Part shown: positions 46,620 through 60,243 of the stretch, piece by piece
How positions within the stretch are numbered: position 1 is the stretch's first letter
How the letters are laid out: each line of letters starts with the position of its first letter
Assembly: GCF_009914755.1 (NCBI RefSeq)
Contig: NC_060944.1
Length of the DNA stretch: 64,000 nt
Strand: one strand, 5' to 3'
DNA from: the human T2T-CHM13v2.0 reference genome, Homo sapiens
Notes under the pieces: model-generated
What the model saw: the letters and a program-made list of their open reading frames with translations, nothing else
Told to the model about the DNA's origin: nothing
Databases searched by the model: none
Made by a program: the position numbers and the translations under genes

Positions 46620-48013
46620 ACACACTGCTATGCTGTCCTCCTCCAAGACCAGACTTTTACAGTCAACTCATCACTCTACTCTCAAGTTTGAAAATTTAAC
46701 ATGTTATTAGGGTTTCAGAAAAAGCCATAAATTCAAATAAAAAACCCAAGAAGTACACACAAAGCCCAAACCCCAAACCCACATTGACCCTCAGCTGCAG
46801 CAGTGATGCCAACATCACGGCCTTTATGTATATAAATTTAGCTGGGGAAGGAAGAGGCCTTCATGTACAAAGGTCCAACATGCCATCTGCCAAGCCCACC
46901 ACCTTCGCCTTTCAAGCTGCTTATTAGAACGCTAAATTACACATCCGACAGGCTGTCTGGATGAGTTTTCTCTTCTCTATGATGTGGGAGAGACGAAGCT
47001 GGGGAGAACATCTCTTACAGGGAAGGGGCCCCCTTCGTTCTGTCCTCCCTACCCCGTTCCTATACTTAACGATTGGCTCTAATTTAATTAGAACCCTCTG
47101 GTGGTTCTGTAATGGGAGGCAGAGGCTGTCAAGAAATCACCTTCACTATTCACTACAAGCTGAAATTTGGAGAGCGCGCAGATCCGGGGGTGTCCTCCAG
47201 AGAAAGCCCGTCTCTCCTGCTCCCTGTCTCCCCCTGAGAACCTGCTCCAGCGCAGCCTCCCCTTCTCTGCCCCAAAAGTGGGGGTGGACCCGGTGGGAAA
47301 CAGGCAGGGGACAGATGGAGGGGCGAGAGGGCGGGTGTCCCAACACGCACAGATGAGCAAATACCCAGATTGAAACGTAAGCTGAATGTAATTACTTGGT
47401 TAATTAAATATTGACTTTTAACTCAAAAAGTGATTAAAACAAGCTGCAGGAAGACTTTCCAGAAAGGGGGGCAGGGAATGAATCAAAGCTTTCAAGGGGG
47501 AGGAGGAGGAGGAGAGGGTCGTCACAGGCAGGTCTGGCTTGCTCTTCCTACTGTGTGCTGGGCCTACTGCGTGCAGGTGGGGGAGTTGCGGACCGAGGCC
47601 AGTGTGCAAACTAGGATTGCAGGCTTCCCTTTCCATCTTCCACCCCGAGACGGCATCTCTCTACCCTGCTGCCCTCCCAGTGAACCGGCAGCTTCTGGCG
47701 CGCAGGAGCCAGATCCTGTTCAGCCGCGTTTCCCTGGAACAGAACGCGGTGCCCGGCACGAGGGGGTGCTCCAGAAATGCTTGTAGAACGAATGAACGAA
47801 CTACTATAAGGAATGTTTGGAAAAGTGCACTCCTAGAATTCACCGCTAGACTTCTGAAACCCCGAGGAGCCGGGGAGGGGAGCATCCCTCCGCCAGGCGA
47901 TGGAAACTCGTTCTGCCCTGGCCTGGGAGGAAGTCTGCCTTTTCGATCCTGTTTGTCCTTTCGGTGTCTGCGAGTTTCCAACCACTCTGAAGATCCGGCC
48001 CACTGCTTCCCCG

Positions 48014-48033
48014 AGTCCTGCCCGGACAAGCCC
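48014..48033. promoter_or_regulatory. Candidate p53 response element in intron 1
   Basis: AGTCCTGCCC GGACAAGCCC: one perfect RRRCWWGYYY half-site plus one with 2 mismatches, no spacer. Confidence 0.4.
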
Positions 48034-48443
48034 CACGTGGGCTGGCATCTACCGGTCCCTTGGGTCTAAACCCTAAGGGTCAACAAGGCCATGCCCCTGC
48101 GGATGGCCGGCCCAGGCGCGCTCCCCCACCCGGGGCCGCCTGTGCTCGGTGTGCCGTGTCCGCGGGTCAGGGGCGCGGCGGGAAGTCCTCGCCCGCCCGC
48201 CAGCCAGCGGGGTCAAACAGGTCATCCCTCTGCGGACGGCCGGCGCCGGAGCCTCCCTCCCGCCCGCCCGGACCCACCTCCGCAAGCAGCGCTGGGGCTG
48301 GAGCCGGGCGGTCCGGACCAGCCCCGGCTCACCTGGGCGGCGCTCGCGGCCGGGCTCACGCCGGGGAAGGCTCCGGCCGCCGCGAGCCCCCGCCCGAGCC
48401 CCGCGTCCCCCAGCCACCCACCTGCCCCCCACGCCCCACTCAC

Positions 48444-48700
48444 CAGCGCGCACGGCCCCGGCAACCTCACCCGGAGCGGGGCGCCGCCGCCGCCTCTGCC
48501 GCAGCCCGGCCGGGCCGCTGGGCGCAGGGGACTCCGCGCCGCCGCTGCCGCTGCCGCTGCTGCCGCCGCCGCCGCCGCTGCCGCTGCTGCATCCCCCGGC
48601 GAGCGCTGCTGCTCCTCCTCCTGCCTCCTCCCCGCCCCCCAGCGCCGCCGCCACCGCCCCCGGCCCCCTCCCCGCGCGCCGCCCCAGCCAAAGTCCGGCT
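48444..48700 (-). other. SULF2: Probable proximal non-coding first exon of SULF2 (5' end approximate)
   Basis: Inside the CpG island; consensus donor CTG|GTGAGT at 48444/48443; TATA-like ATTTAAGA at 48728-48721. The TSS cannot be read from sequence. Alternative donors at 48471 and 48333. Confidence 0.7.
48538..48591. repeat. Interrupted trinucleotide repeat, 18 GCN units (GCC/GCT; CGG/CAG on the mRNA strand)
   Basis: gcc gcc gct gcc gct gcc gct gct (gcc)5 gct gcc gct gct gca, read directly. Confidence 0.97.
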
Positions 48701-49154
48701 CCGCACCCCGCCCGGACCGCTCTTAAATCGCCCCAGCCCGGCCGGCCGCGCTGCCCCAGCCAGCCCCTTGGCACGGCGCTACCGCCCCCCGCTCGCCTGC
48801 CCGCCGGCCTCCACGCAGGGGAGGCGGGCGCGCTCCGGGGCGGGGAGCGTCGGGCCGGGAGCCGCGGACGGCTGGGGCCCGGGGCGCGGGGGGCCCAGCC
48901 GCGGTGCCCTCCTCGAGCCCTCCGCGCGCTAGCGCTTTTACCTCCGGCCTGGGGGACGCGCGGCCCGCGACCCGGCCCTGCCTGTCCCCGGCGCACGGCC
49001 CCGGCCCCGGCCCCGAAGTCCAGCTCCGGACGGGGCAGTGAACGCAGAGCTGGGGTCCCGGCGGCTCTCGACCTCCCGATGCCTCCGGACTCGGCTGGCC
49101 GCGCTCCCGGCGCCGAGCGCGCACCCTCGCCGGGACACACAGACGCACACTCAC

Positions 49155-49720
49155 TCGACACACTCTCGCTCCTGCTCGCCCTCGGCGGAGAGTTGAAACA
49201 GATGTGGGATTCGCCCAGGAGCTGGAAACGAGGGAGGGAAGCGAGCCAGAGCCTTGTGTGCACGTGTGTGTGCGTAACACACAAACCAGGGGGCATCGCT
49301 AATAAATCAAATATCGTGATAAATTCAGGAGGGCCATCGATCAGGTCCACTTGGCTGGAAACGACGTGAATCTGCCTCTTTTCCGCTTTCTTCTTCTCCT
49401 CTCTCGGAGCTGGAGGGAGCCAAATGTTCCGCGGGGAGTGCGACAGCCCCGGCCGGGCGCTCCCCTCGTAATGACACGTTAATAAATGTTTTCTTTTATC
49501 TGCTTTCACAGGACTCGCCCCGGTCTGCAAACACTCGACTGCCTTTGCCGAAAGCCTCGCGCTCGCCTCCAGCCACACACATTTGCCATTGGAGAGGCCG
49601 GCGCCGGCCGCGACCCGCAGCTCAATCGCAGGGCAAACCGAGCTGCCTGTGCGCGCCCGAGAACTCCCCGAGAAATTAACTTGGGCTCAAGTGAAAATAG
49701 CAGCTGTTGTCCAGAAATGG
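49155..49720 (-). other. SULF2: Candidate distal alternative non-coding first exon of SULF2 (5' end approximate)
   Basis: Donor CGA|GTGAGT at 49155/49154 within the CpG island; consistent with my recollection that SULF2 has alternative 5' exons. Upstream boundary is a guess. Confidence 0.5.
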
Positions 49721-50534
49721 CCCGGGAGTAGCATAGAAAGGAGAAACCGGCTTCCTCCGAAAGGGGAGGAATTCGACTCAAGGGGGTGCTGTCTACCGTG
49801 GTTTCCGCTGTCCCTCGCGCCACAGAAGAGGCCGGAGGGGGACCGGCCTGACGCGGGTGGGCAAAGAGCGGGCAGAGAACTCACCAGCAGCTGCAGAAAA
49901 CACAGCCGAGTTGCTAGCTAAGGGGAAACAGACGCCGCTGTGGGAAAGCACTTGTAAACAGCAGTAACTTATTAAATCTTGTGACAATCTCACACAGTAA
50001 GTTACTATGCCCGTTTTACCATGGAAACCAAGAGAGGTTTAGTAACTGTCCGAAGATCACACAGTTATAAGTGGTGGATCCTGTGAAGCCAAGAAGCCTT
50101 AGCTCCCGGCTCATGCTCTTAAATCCTAGGATGTTTTTACTTTTCAACCTAGCATCTCCTTTCTCTGATATGATCCTCCATGGTAGAGTTGTCAGACTTA
50201 ACAAATAAATACAGACATCCACGGGGAGGAAGTTAGTACTAAAAAATCATTCATTTTTAAATCTGAAATTCAAATCGGATCTCCTGACTGGGTTTGGAGC
50301 TCTAGGCTCCTCCCCATAACCTCTGTTAGCCACGCCAATCAAGTTAGAGCCTAAATAAATCAGAAAAACCTTGCACTTGCTTTTCCAAGTCAGGTGCTGG
50401 CCCTACCTTTGGCATCACTGATAAGGCTGAACAGCTCCCACCTTCTTTGCCCTGGGACAGAATGTCAGGCTTCACCATCATAGACCGAAAAATAATGGAG
50501 ACCCCTCTCCTTCCGCCTCATCTCTGCAGAAGGA

Positions 50535-51100
50535 CATATATATCATTTAGAATTTTCTAGTAGTGGCATTAGAAAGTAAAAAGAAACAGGTGAGGGCCGG
50601 GCACAGTGGCTCACGCCTGTAATCCCAGCAGTATGGAAGGCCGAGGTGGGCGGATCACTTGAGTTCAGGAGTTCCAGACCAGCATGGGCAACATGGTGAA
50701 ACTCCATCTTTACAAGAAATACAAAAATTAGGCTGGGCATAGTGGCATGTGCCTGTGGTCCCAGCTACTCGGGAGGCTCATGTGGGAGGATCACTTTGAG
50801 CCTGGGAGGTGAAGGCTGCAGTGAGCCATGATTGTTCCACTGTACTCCCGCCTGGGTGACAGTCAGACCCTGTCTGAAAAAAGCAGGTGAAATTAATTTT
50901 AATATTAATAATATAGTTTACTTAACCTAGTATATCCAAAATCGATCTCTTCAACATGTAATCAATATAAAATTAATGAGATATTTTTACATTATTTTTT
51001 CTTACTAAGTTTTGTAATCTGGTGTACATTCTAAACTTACAGCACATCTCAATTGGGACCAGCCACATGTGGCTCAGGGGTCCCATGCTGGACAGTGCAA
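50535..51100. mobile_element. MER33-like element interrupted by an Alu (50595-50882, + strand)
   Basis: ttttctagtag...gtaaaaagaaacaggtga[Alu]caggtgaaattaattttaata...cttacagcacatctcaatt...ggacagtgca. Confidence 0.85.
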
Positions 51101-54100
51101 CTCTGGCAGGTTCTGCGGTCAATGGCTGTTTCCACCGGGTCATTTCATGTAATCCTCCTGACAATCTTTCAAGCAAACTGATGCTCAGAGAGATAAAGGG
51201 TCTTGCCTATAGTCAAAAACTTGGCCAGTGGGATTTCAACGCTTTTGATGCTGTCCCTGGTTTGGGGACATGTACCCCACTGCAGAAGCAATTTTCTTAC
51301 TGAATCCTCAGGGCCCCTTGGTGGTGCTTCTGGGGCCTGGGGTGGTGGAGGGAGGCCCAGGAATGGGATCTGCCTCCCTCCTACTTTTTATGTTGGGTTC
51401 TGGAGAATATTTCAGGGGTGGGGAAATTTCCACGGCAAAAAAAGTCTAAAAAAAACCCCACTGCATTACCACACTGTGCCCTTAGGTCCTCGAGTTCCTG
51501 AACATGGCTCTCCCATACCCATAAGGATCCTGCCCACAATGTTTCACTCCATCCTTCTCTGCTCGTCAGGTAACCCCAGTCAGAGAGGGGATGCTTACAA
51601 TCCCTTCTTCTGGGGCTGTGGGCCTGGCGGACACGTGGCATTTGCTTATCTTTTTGGATATGTTGTTTCCATTGTTGCTGGACATTACCAAACATGGTAA
51701 CGTCTATGTTGGCCCCTTATCCTTCCTTAAGTAGACGGGGACAGATCTTGTGTGTGCATGCATGTGTACCTGTGTGTCCGAGCATGTATGTGTGTGTTCA
51801 TTGTAGGCAGGTGCTATGGGTCATGCGTTTTAGTCTGGACTTACTGGCTCAGACACCCATGAGGTCAGAGGGTCTGCAAAGCTCCTCTGGCCGTGTTTCT
51901 TCCCCATAATTCCCAGCAAACTCCCTGGTCCTCTGGGTTCAAGGCCTCAGCCTGTTTTCCAGGTCCTTCCAGGCCGGTGGGGACCGCAGGCCCCGTTACG
52001 GAGCTTGGAGCTCAGTGTCTGCCTGGGATACATGAGGGGCCCCGAGGGCTCACATGTCCCCCAGCCTGGGAAGTCACTCAGCCGGGCCTCGGTGGGGCTC
52101 AGCAGAATCCTGGGCACCCCCACGGCCTCCTGATACTCCAGCCCCTGCCGCCTCCACCCACACGGAGACAGCTTTTCTCCTCCCACATCCCTCATCCCCC
52201 ATGACATCTCTTGGTATGATCCTGACCATCCTAGCTGGACAATCAAGCTTTTCAAGCTCCTCACGCCGCCCCATTCTCCCCAGCATTGTTGATTTAGCCT
52301 CAGGGGGACCTTTCTCTTGACGCCTCCATGCCTCGTTTCTTCCCTCTGCAGATTCTTTGGCAGCCCTTTTGTGCAGAACAGCCGTCCGGTTCTATCTCCC
52401 TTGCAAGGCCGGAGTTGCTGTTTTATTCCCTTGACTCATATATAACAATAAAAAAAATCATTCTTGCTATGTGTTTCTTTATCTCCATCAAGTGGTTGAA
52501 ACTCAATCTGATTGTCCGAGCACTTCTGGCTGGATTTGGGTTGGAGTCGATGGGATTTTATGAGGGTTGTAAAAGTCAAGCTTTTAACATGTCTCAAACA
52601 AATTGGCGTGTAAAGGAGAAACGTTAGAAGAAGGAACATGGCTGCAGACGGGAGGCTTGGGAATGCGAGCCGTAGTACTGGGGCACAGGTGGCTTTAATA
52701 ATGCACACAAGTTTGGCTGTAAGTTGCTTCTACAAGAGCAGAAGAGGCTGCAGAACCACTCTCAGGAGGTTGAGATCAAACTTCTTGGCTCCTGAGTGCA
52801 GACAGTTTTGCATGGCTTTTAAAATACAGATTCCAGGATCATCCATAACAATATAAACCTGTGGTTAATTCTGCTGAATTTTCATTTAGACCCAAGCTGT
52901 GTTGTCAGTAGAAATGCAATTGCGTTAGAGAAAAACTGTTTATATTTCTTGAGATACTGTGATAATGAAAAACAGTACCATAAACCCCCATTAAGTAAGA
53001 AGAACATTAATTGTATTTCATGCTGCCTCCCTGGGCCAGCACACTGACACAGACATGCTTTACTTCAGCAAAACACGGCTAATCTTTGCAGCACGGTACC
53101 CATTTTCCCCTTTAATTATACATAATTGTATAGTCTAATTTATTCTAACGCCTGACGCCGAAAAGTGCACATTTATGAATCAAGGGTTAGTTTGGGAGGG
53201 AGGAGAATTATAAACGGGTATAATTGCAGTCTCCTGGGGGCTGCTTATGAGTGATTTCAAAGAATGATGATGTTTATTCTGAATTCTTACCAGTGAAAGA
53301 CAGTAGGGCTGCCTCCAGTTAAGATACTGTTCTAAGAACGCAGATAACAGGACAATTTGTCTAGTTGCTTACCACACTAGTGGTTTTCCTTTGGATAAGC
53401 AGGCAAGAAAGATTAAAGATGTGGGTTCCACATATTTTGTGATGTGATGAAATCCAGGCACACAGACAGCATCAGCAAATGTGCAATTGAATATTAAAAT
53501 GAGTAATGTGGCCCCAGGCAGCACAGCTGCAGATCTCTGTGGACAAGGGAGAGTGCTTGGAACTCTGTTGGATGATAGTTTTCTCAGGGGGAAAAGCAGG
53601 ATCCATTTGACCATTAGTGCAATTCACTTTAGGGCTCTCTCTGGAACAGTGCATCTAGTTTTGCAATCGTATTTCAGAAAAATCACCTTTAAGCTTTGAT
53701 CATAATTAATTAATCAATTATGATGAATGTTGATGGTGATTTAGTAAAAGTGGAATGATGACTTAGGGCCCCCCCAGGGCTGAGGTTTCTAACGAACCTA
53801 GGCTCTGCCTCCACTGTCTGGCCCCTCCTTGGCTGATCTTCCCGGGCCTCAGTTTCATCTTAAGAATGAGGATAATATCGAGGACATTGCTGGCTGTCAT
53901 GTGGATTAAGTGAGATTGATAAAGGTAAAACGCACACACAACGCCTGGCTGGAAGGTACACAATGAGTGTTCACTAAATCAGAATTGGAAACATGCTGTC
54001 TTGTGCTCCTGAGAGAGATACTCCTTCATGGTCTGCAAAGCCAGACTTTGAAATCCAGGGCAGTTGAGGCAATGATGCCAAAGGAAACCAGATCACGCCA

Positions 54101-55406
54101 CTCTTCAGCCTAAAATCTCCTCCTCTTAGATGGAGACGCGATCCTGCTCCTGCCTGGCACTCCAACATCTTTCGCTGCTGTCTTGCTTCCATTTTTATTA
54201 TGACAATTTCACATGGAAAAGTTGAAAGAATAGTACAGTGGACACACTTATACTCTCCACCTAGAATCAACAGTTGCTAATATTTTGCCATGTGTGCTTT
54301 ATAAGTTGCAGAAACATTTGAGAGGTGGTTGCAGACATGATGACACATTACCCCTCAGGACTTGGGCAGGCATCTCCTAAGAATCAGTTGTTTTCCCAGG
54401 TGACCTCCCTATTATTATCACACCAAAGGAAAGGAACAGTAATTCCGTAATCACTCCCTTGCTCACAGAGACACAAAGGTATCTTTCACTTTGTTCCTCA
54501 AGCCTTTTCCTGCCTCAGGGCCTTTGCACTTTCTGTGGCCTCTCCCTGGCATCTCTCTCCCCAGATTGTGCTCCAAAAACTCTTTCTCATTACTTGGGTT
54601 TCAGCATAATGTCACCCCTTGGGAGAGTTTGTCCCTGTCTGTTTCACCTAAAAATGCTTCCCAATCACTCTATCCTCCCTCCCCATTTTAGCGTCTTCCT
54701 ATGACATACCACTATCTGAAATTCTGGTTTTATTTTCTGTCTGTGACTGCGGTCTATGTCCCCCTCCCCACTCCCCACCCACATTACCTGCAGGAGAGCA
54801 GGGGCCGTGGCCATTTGTTCACTGTTGTAGCTGCAGTGCCCAGAACACTGTCTTGCATGGAGTAGACACTCGACAGATATTTGTTAAATGAAGGAATGAA
54901 TATCCCATATGTGATGTTTTCAAACAGAAGAGGTGGTAAAATGGAGGGACTGGACCCTAGTTTTTAGAGATAAATCCACACAGCTTCAATCCCAGTGCTA
55001 CCACGCACCAACTGTGTGTTACTGTGGGCCTGTGTTCCTTAAACTCACCTGCCAAATAGGGACAATGACAATCATCTCTCCACCTTCTAGGACTGTTGCG
55101 AGTTATTAATGAGCTTATATACCAAGAGCGTAGAACAGAATCTGGCATCTAACGCCAACCTTTCATAAGCACTTACGATTAATGTTGAATAGGCTGGCCA
55201 GAGGCCCATGATTTTAAGCACCACTGGCTGTTCACAGGCTCACACAGAAACTGTCTCCAAGCACAATGCCCCTGGGAGAACTTCTTGGAAGTGCTGATGC
55301 TGCCCTGTGTGAGACCAGCTAGGTCAACATTTGCCTGGAAAAAGCTCTGGTTGTTTACAGCAGGCATCTGGGCTGATGAGTCAGGGCCTGTGGTTAGACA
55401 TTTTGA

Positions 55407-55913
<507 letters not shown>

Positions 55914-56007
55914 TAAAAAGAGAATATTTGGTACTGGATGTCCATATGCAGGGGCATGTAGGTAAAGATGCTTTTCAGCTAAAGCTGCAATAAAAAAAAA
56001 ATGAGTT

Positions 56008-56262
56008 AGGACTGGGCGTGGTGGCTCACGCCTATAATCCCAGCACTTTGGGAGGCCGAGGTGGGCAGATTGTCTGGGGTCAGGAGTTCAAGACCAGCTT
56101 GGCCAACATGATGAAACCCCATCTCTACTAAAAATACAAAATTAGCTGGGTGTGGTGGCACATGCCTGTGGTCCCAGGTACTCGGGAAGCTGAGGCACGA
56201 GAATTGCTTGAACCCGGGAGTCAGAGGTTGCAGTGAGCTGAGATCGCACCACTACACTCCAG
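56008..56262 (+). mobile_element. AluS lacking 3' end and tail
   Basis: Ends abruptly at cactccag. Confidence 0.9.
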
Positions 56263-56410
56263 TTAGGAAACTAACAGAAGTGTTGGAAATTTTGACGATA
56301 AAAATTGCATTTAACTGGAAATAAATAAGGTAGTCTACCCAGGAAAGTGTGTATGTAATATAGGTAATGGGATGACCGGCTTTAATGCAGTTGACTCAGC
56401 TAGCATTTCT

Positions 56411-57140
<730 letters not shown>

Positions 57141-58052
57141 ATATGCCCATCAATGAGTTGGGGCGGTGGGGGGGGCGGGGGGTCACTCCTCTTCTCCCAG
57201 GGTGAATGAGTGATGGTGACAGTGGAAAGAGATGTCCCCACGGTGACACCAGAGCAGGAATCTCAGCCCAGGCCCCAAATCAGAGATTCTGATTTAATGG
57301 TTCAGTGATAGATCCAGGCCTGGGTATTTTTTTTTTTAAAAACAAGTTTATTGAGGTATAATTTGCATACCATAAAATTCACCCATCTTAAGTGTACCAT
57401 TGAATGATTTTTAAATGTCCCAAGTTGTGCAACCATTACTGTCATCTGGTTTTGGAACATTTTCAGCATCCCAGTTCCATCCCTTACGGGCATGGGTGGT
57501 TTTCAAAGCTGCCTAGGTGGCTCCAGCCTGCGCCAGGGCTGAGAACTCCCGCTCCCTGGGGAGTCCTGGGGGAAAAGGAGAGTGGTATAAGGTTTCCCCA
57601 GAGGTGCTCAGGACTAGTTGACCCTGAAATAAATGTGTAGGTAACTTCAAAACATGCCAGTAGGCATCCACAGAAGCAGTTTTGGTTGCGGTGGTGGGGA
57701 GAGGGTGGGAGGCCGGCTGCCGAGGTGCATGAAAGCCCATCTGGGCTGTGGATAGTGTCTGGGGAGGGGGTGACGAGGGAGGGGCTGGTCCCATTTCCAC
57801 CTGGCTGGAGAGAGCACTGTGTCCACTCCCCAGTGCATACATCCTATCTGCCCTGGAAGTTAGGGTGGGGGGATGGGAGATGGGAACTGGGGTTGCTAGC
57901 AGGGAGTCAGTGGGTGTGAGGAGGCCCAGCCTGGCCCCTGCATGGCCCAGAGTCAGGTATGTGAGGCTCACTGTTCCAGAGGAGTGAAGCACCACCCCCA
58001 AGAACACATAGTAAGGCTAACACAGGGGAGAAGAGGACCCAGGGCTTTGACT

Positions 58053-58354
58053 CTTTTATTTATTTATTTATTTTTGAGATGGAGTCTTGCTCTGTCGCCC
58101 AGGGTGGAGTGCAGGGGTGTGATCTCGGCTCCCTGCAACCTCCGACTTCCTGGTTCAAGCAATTCTGCCTCAGCCTCCCAAGTAGCTGGGATTACAGGCA
58201 CACGCCACCACGCCCAGCTAATTTTTGTATTTTTAGTAGAGATGGGGTTTCGCCATGTTGGCCAGGCTGGTCTCAAACTCCTGACCTCAAGTGATCTGCC
58301 CACCTCGGCCTCCCAAAGTACTGGGGTTACAGGCGTGAGCCACCGCCCCCGGCC
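58053..58354 (-). mobile_element. AluS
   Basis: Full reverse Alu. Confidence 0.95.
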
Positions 58355-59419
58355 TCTACTCTTGTTCCACCTTGGCGCAGCTCCCTGAGCCCTGTACAAC
58401 CCTGGACAGAGGCTGGGGCCAGCTTGGTCCTGATCAGCACCCAGGGCCGGTCTCTGCTGGGCTCCTGCTGGAGCATTTCCTTGCCTGCCTTCCAGCAAGA
58501 CCTTGCCTTGCCACGTGAGTCTGACCTGAGCAGTGTCTTCTGTCCGTCACAGCCTGGTCCTCTGCCAGGACTTGATGGAATCGCTGCCCACTTGGCACCC
58601 AGGTCTGTCCTCACCCTGCGATGGCTCTTGGGTGACTCATCAATTTGTGCTTATATCCGGTCGTCTGTGGCTCTGGCAGGTCCTGGTACCCACAAGGGCT
58701 GGGCTGCCAACCAGGCTTGCAGCAGAGGCCTCTGGGGTGAGCCTGGCTTATCCTAGTCGGTTCCCCTTCACCTCAGAGCGAGTGATTTATGAGTATCACA
58801 GCTACTGCTGATTGAATATTCACTGCACATATATGGGACGTCAGCTCTGAGTAGCAGATCCTTGTCGGTAAACGGACTCCCAGATCTCCCCCAGCCTTGG
58901 ATCCTTTCAGGACCACTGCGTGGATCACATGTGAGTGTGAATGTAGAACAGAAGGATAAGGCATTTTCTTCTTCATTAATCATATTCCATGCTAGCAACC
59001 TTCCAGAAGTTTCCCGTGGCTAAGGAATATGTAACAGGTACTGCCTGTTTGCAGCTGCATTCACTCAGGGTCATAAGGCATCACACGCCGGGCTATTGGA
59101 GTTCTCAGCCGGTGGTGTCTGTTTAGGCGATTAGTGAATTAAGGGCTTGTTTCTTTGACTTCAGCAAGGGACCACATCCCAGTGGGCAACTAACAGACAC
59201 TATTTGGGATGGATGGCCACAGGCTCTCTGTGTCAGCGGTGAAGACCCCCAAACAGGCATTGTTCTTGGGTTATCCACAGGCTGAGTTCTGACCCTGCAG
59301 TGTCACTGCAGAGCAGGGAGCCAGCCTCCCCGGGAGGACAGGCTGACAGGGAAGACACCTGAGCTGCTTTGTAGGGGAGCTGCTGTCCTGGTAGAGAAGG
59401 GGCTGCTTTGTGTTTTGTG

Positions 59420-59744
<325 letters not shown>

Positions 59745-60097
59745 TGCTTTGTGTTTTGGAGGCTGCCTGCATGGGTTCCAGGAGGGTGTTTTGATCAAGG
59801 TGACTTGAGGGTGCAGCAGCCTTGGACATCTTTGGTGACATGTTCATTTATCCACTCATTTGAAAAATCTGTTTAAAGTTGCCACCAAGTCACAGTAACT
59901 GTATCAAGACCCCAAGGCCCAAAAAGGTGACTTTCGTGACCCCTTGCTCCCAGGGGGCCTAGAGTCTAGTGAGCAAAAAAGATACAAGTGAGCTCCACAG
60001 AGTTTGTGACAGAAAGTCTTGTATTTTCCACCACCTACCTCCTTTTTCCCTTTGATTGGTTTGGGTGGTCACGTACCCAGCTCAAGATCACTGAAGC

Positions 60098-60243
60098 CAG
60101 TGGTCCTCGAAGTGTTGTCCCTGGACTGGCAGCATCTGCATCACCGGGGAACTTGTTAGAAATGCCAAATCTTGGGCCCCATCCCAGTCCCACTGAATCG
60201 GAAACTCTGTGGGTGGGGCCCAGCCATCCCTGCTTTAACTAGC
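60098..60243. mobile_element. MER5A
   Basis: cagtggtcctc...gcagcatc...gaacttgttagaaatgccaaatctt...actgaatcggaaactctg. Confidence 0.85.

Larger units (their letters stand above)
48000..49940. promoter_or_regulatory. SULF2: CpG island / SULF2 promoter
   Basis: Very high GC and CpG density over ~1.9 kb, free of interspersed repeats; GC box GGGGCGGGG at 48837-48845; many G/C runs. Confidence 0.95.

Noticed and set aside
48060-49578. Long ORFs (290, 501, 211, 406 aa) on both strands, including an 18-Ala run on the plus strand
   Set aside because: Expected in a GC-rich CpG island depleted of stop codons; low-complexity P/A/G/R content, several non-ATG starts, no recognisable domain.
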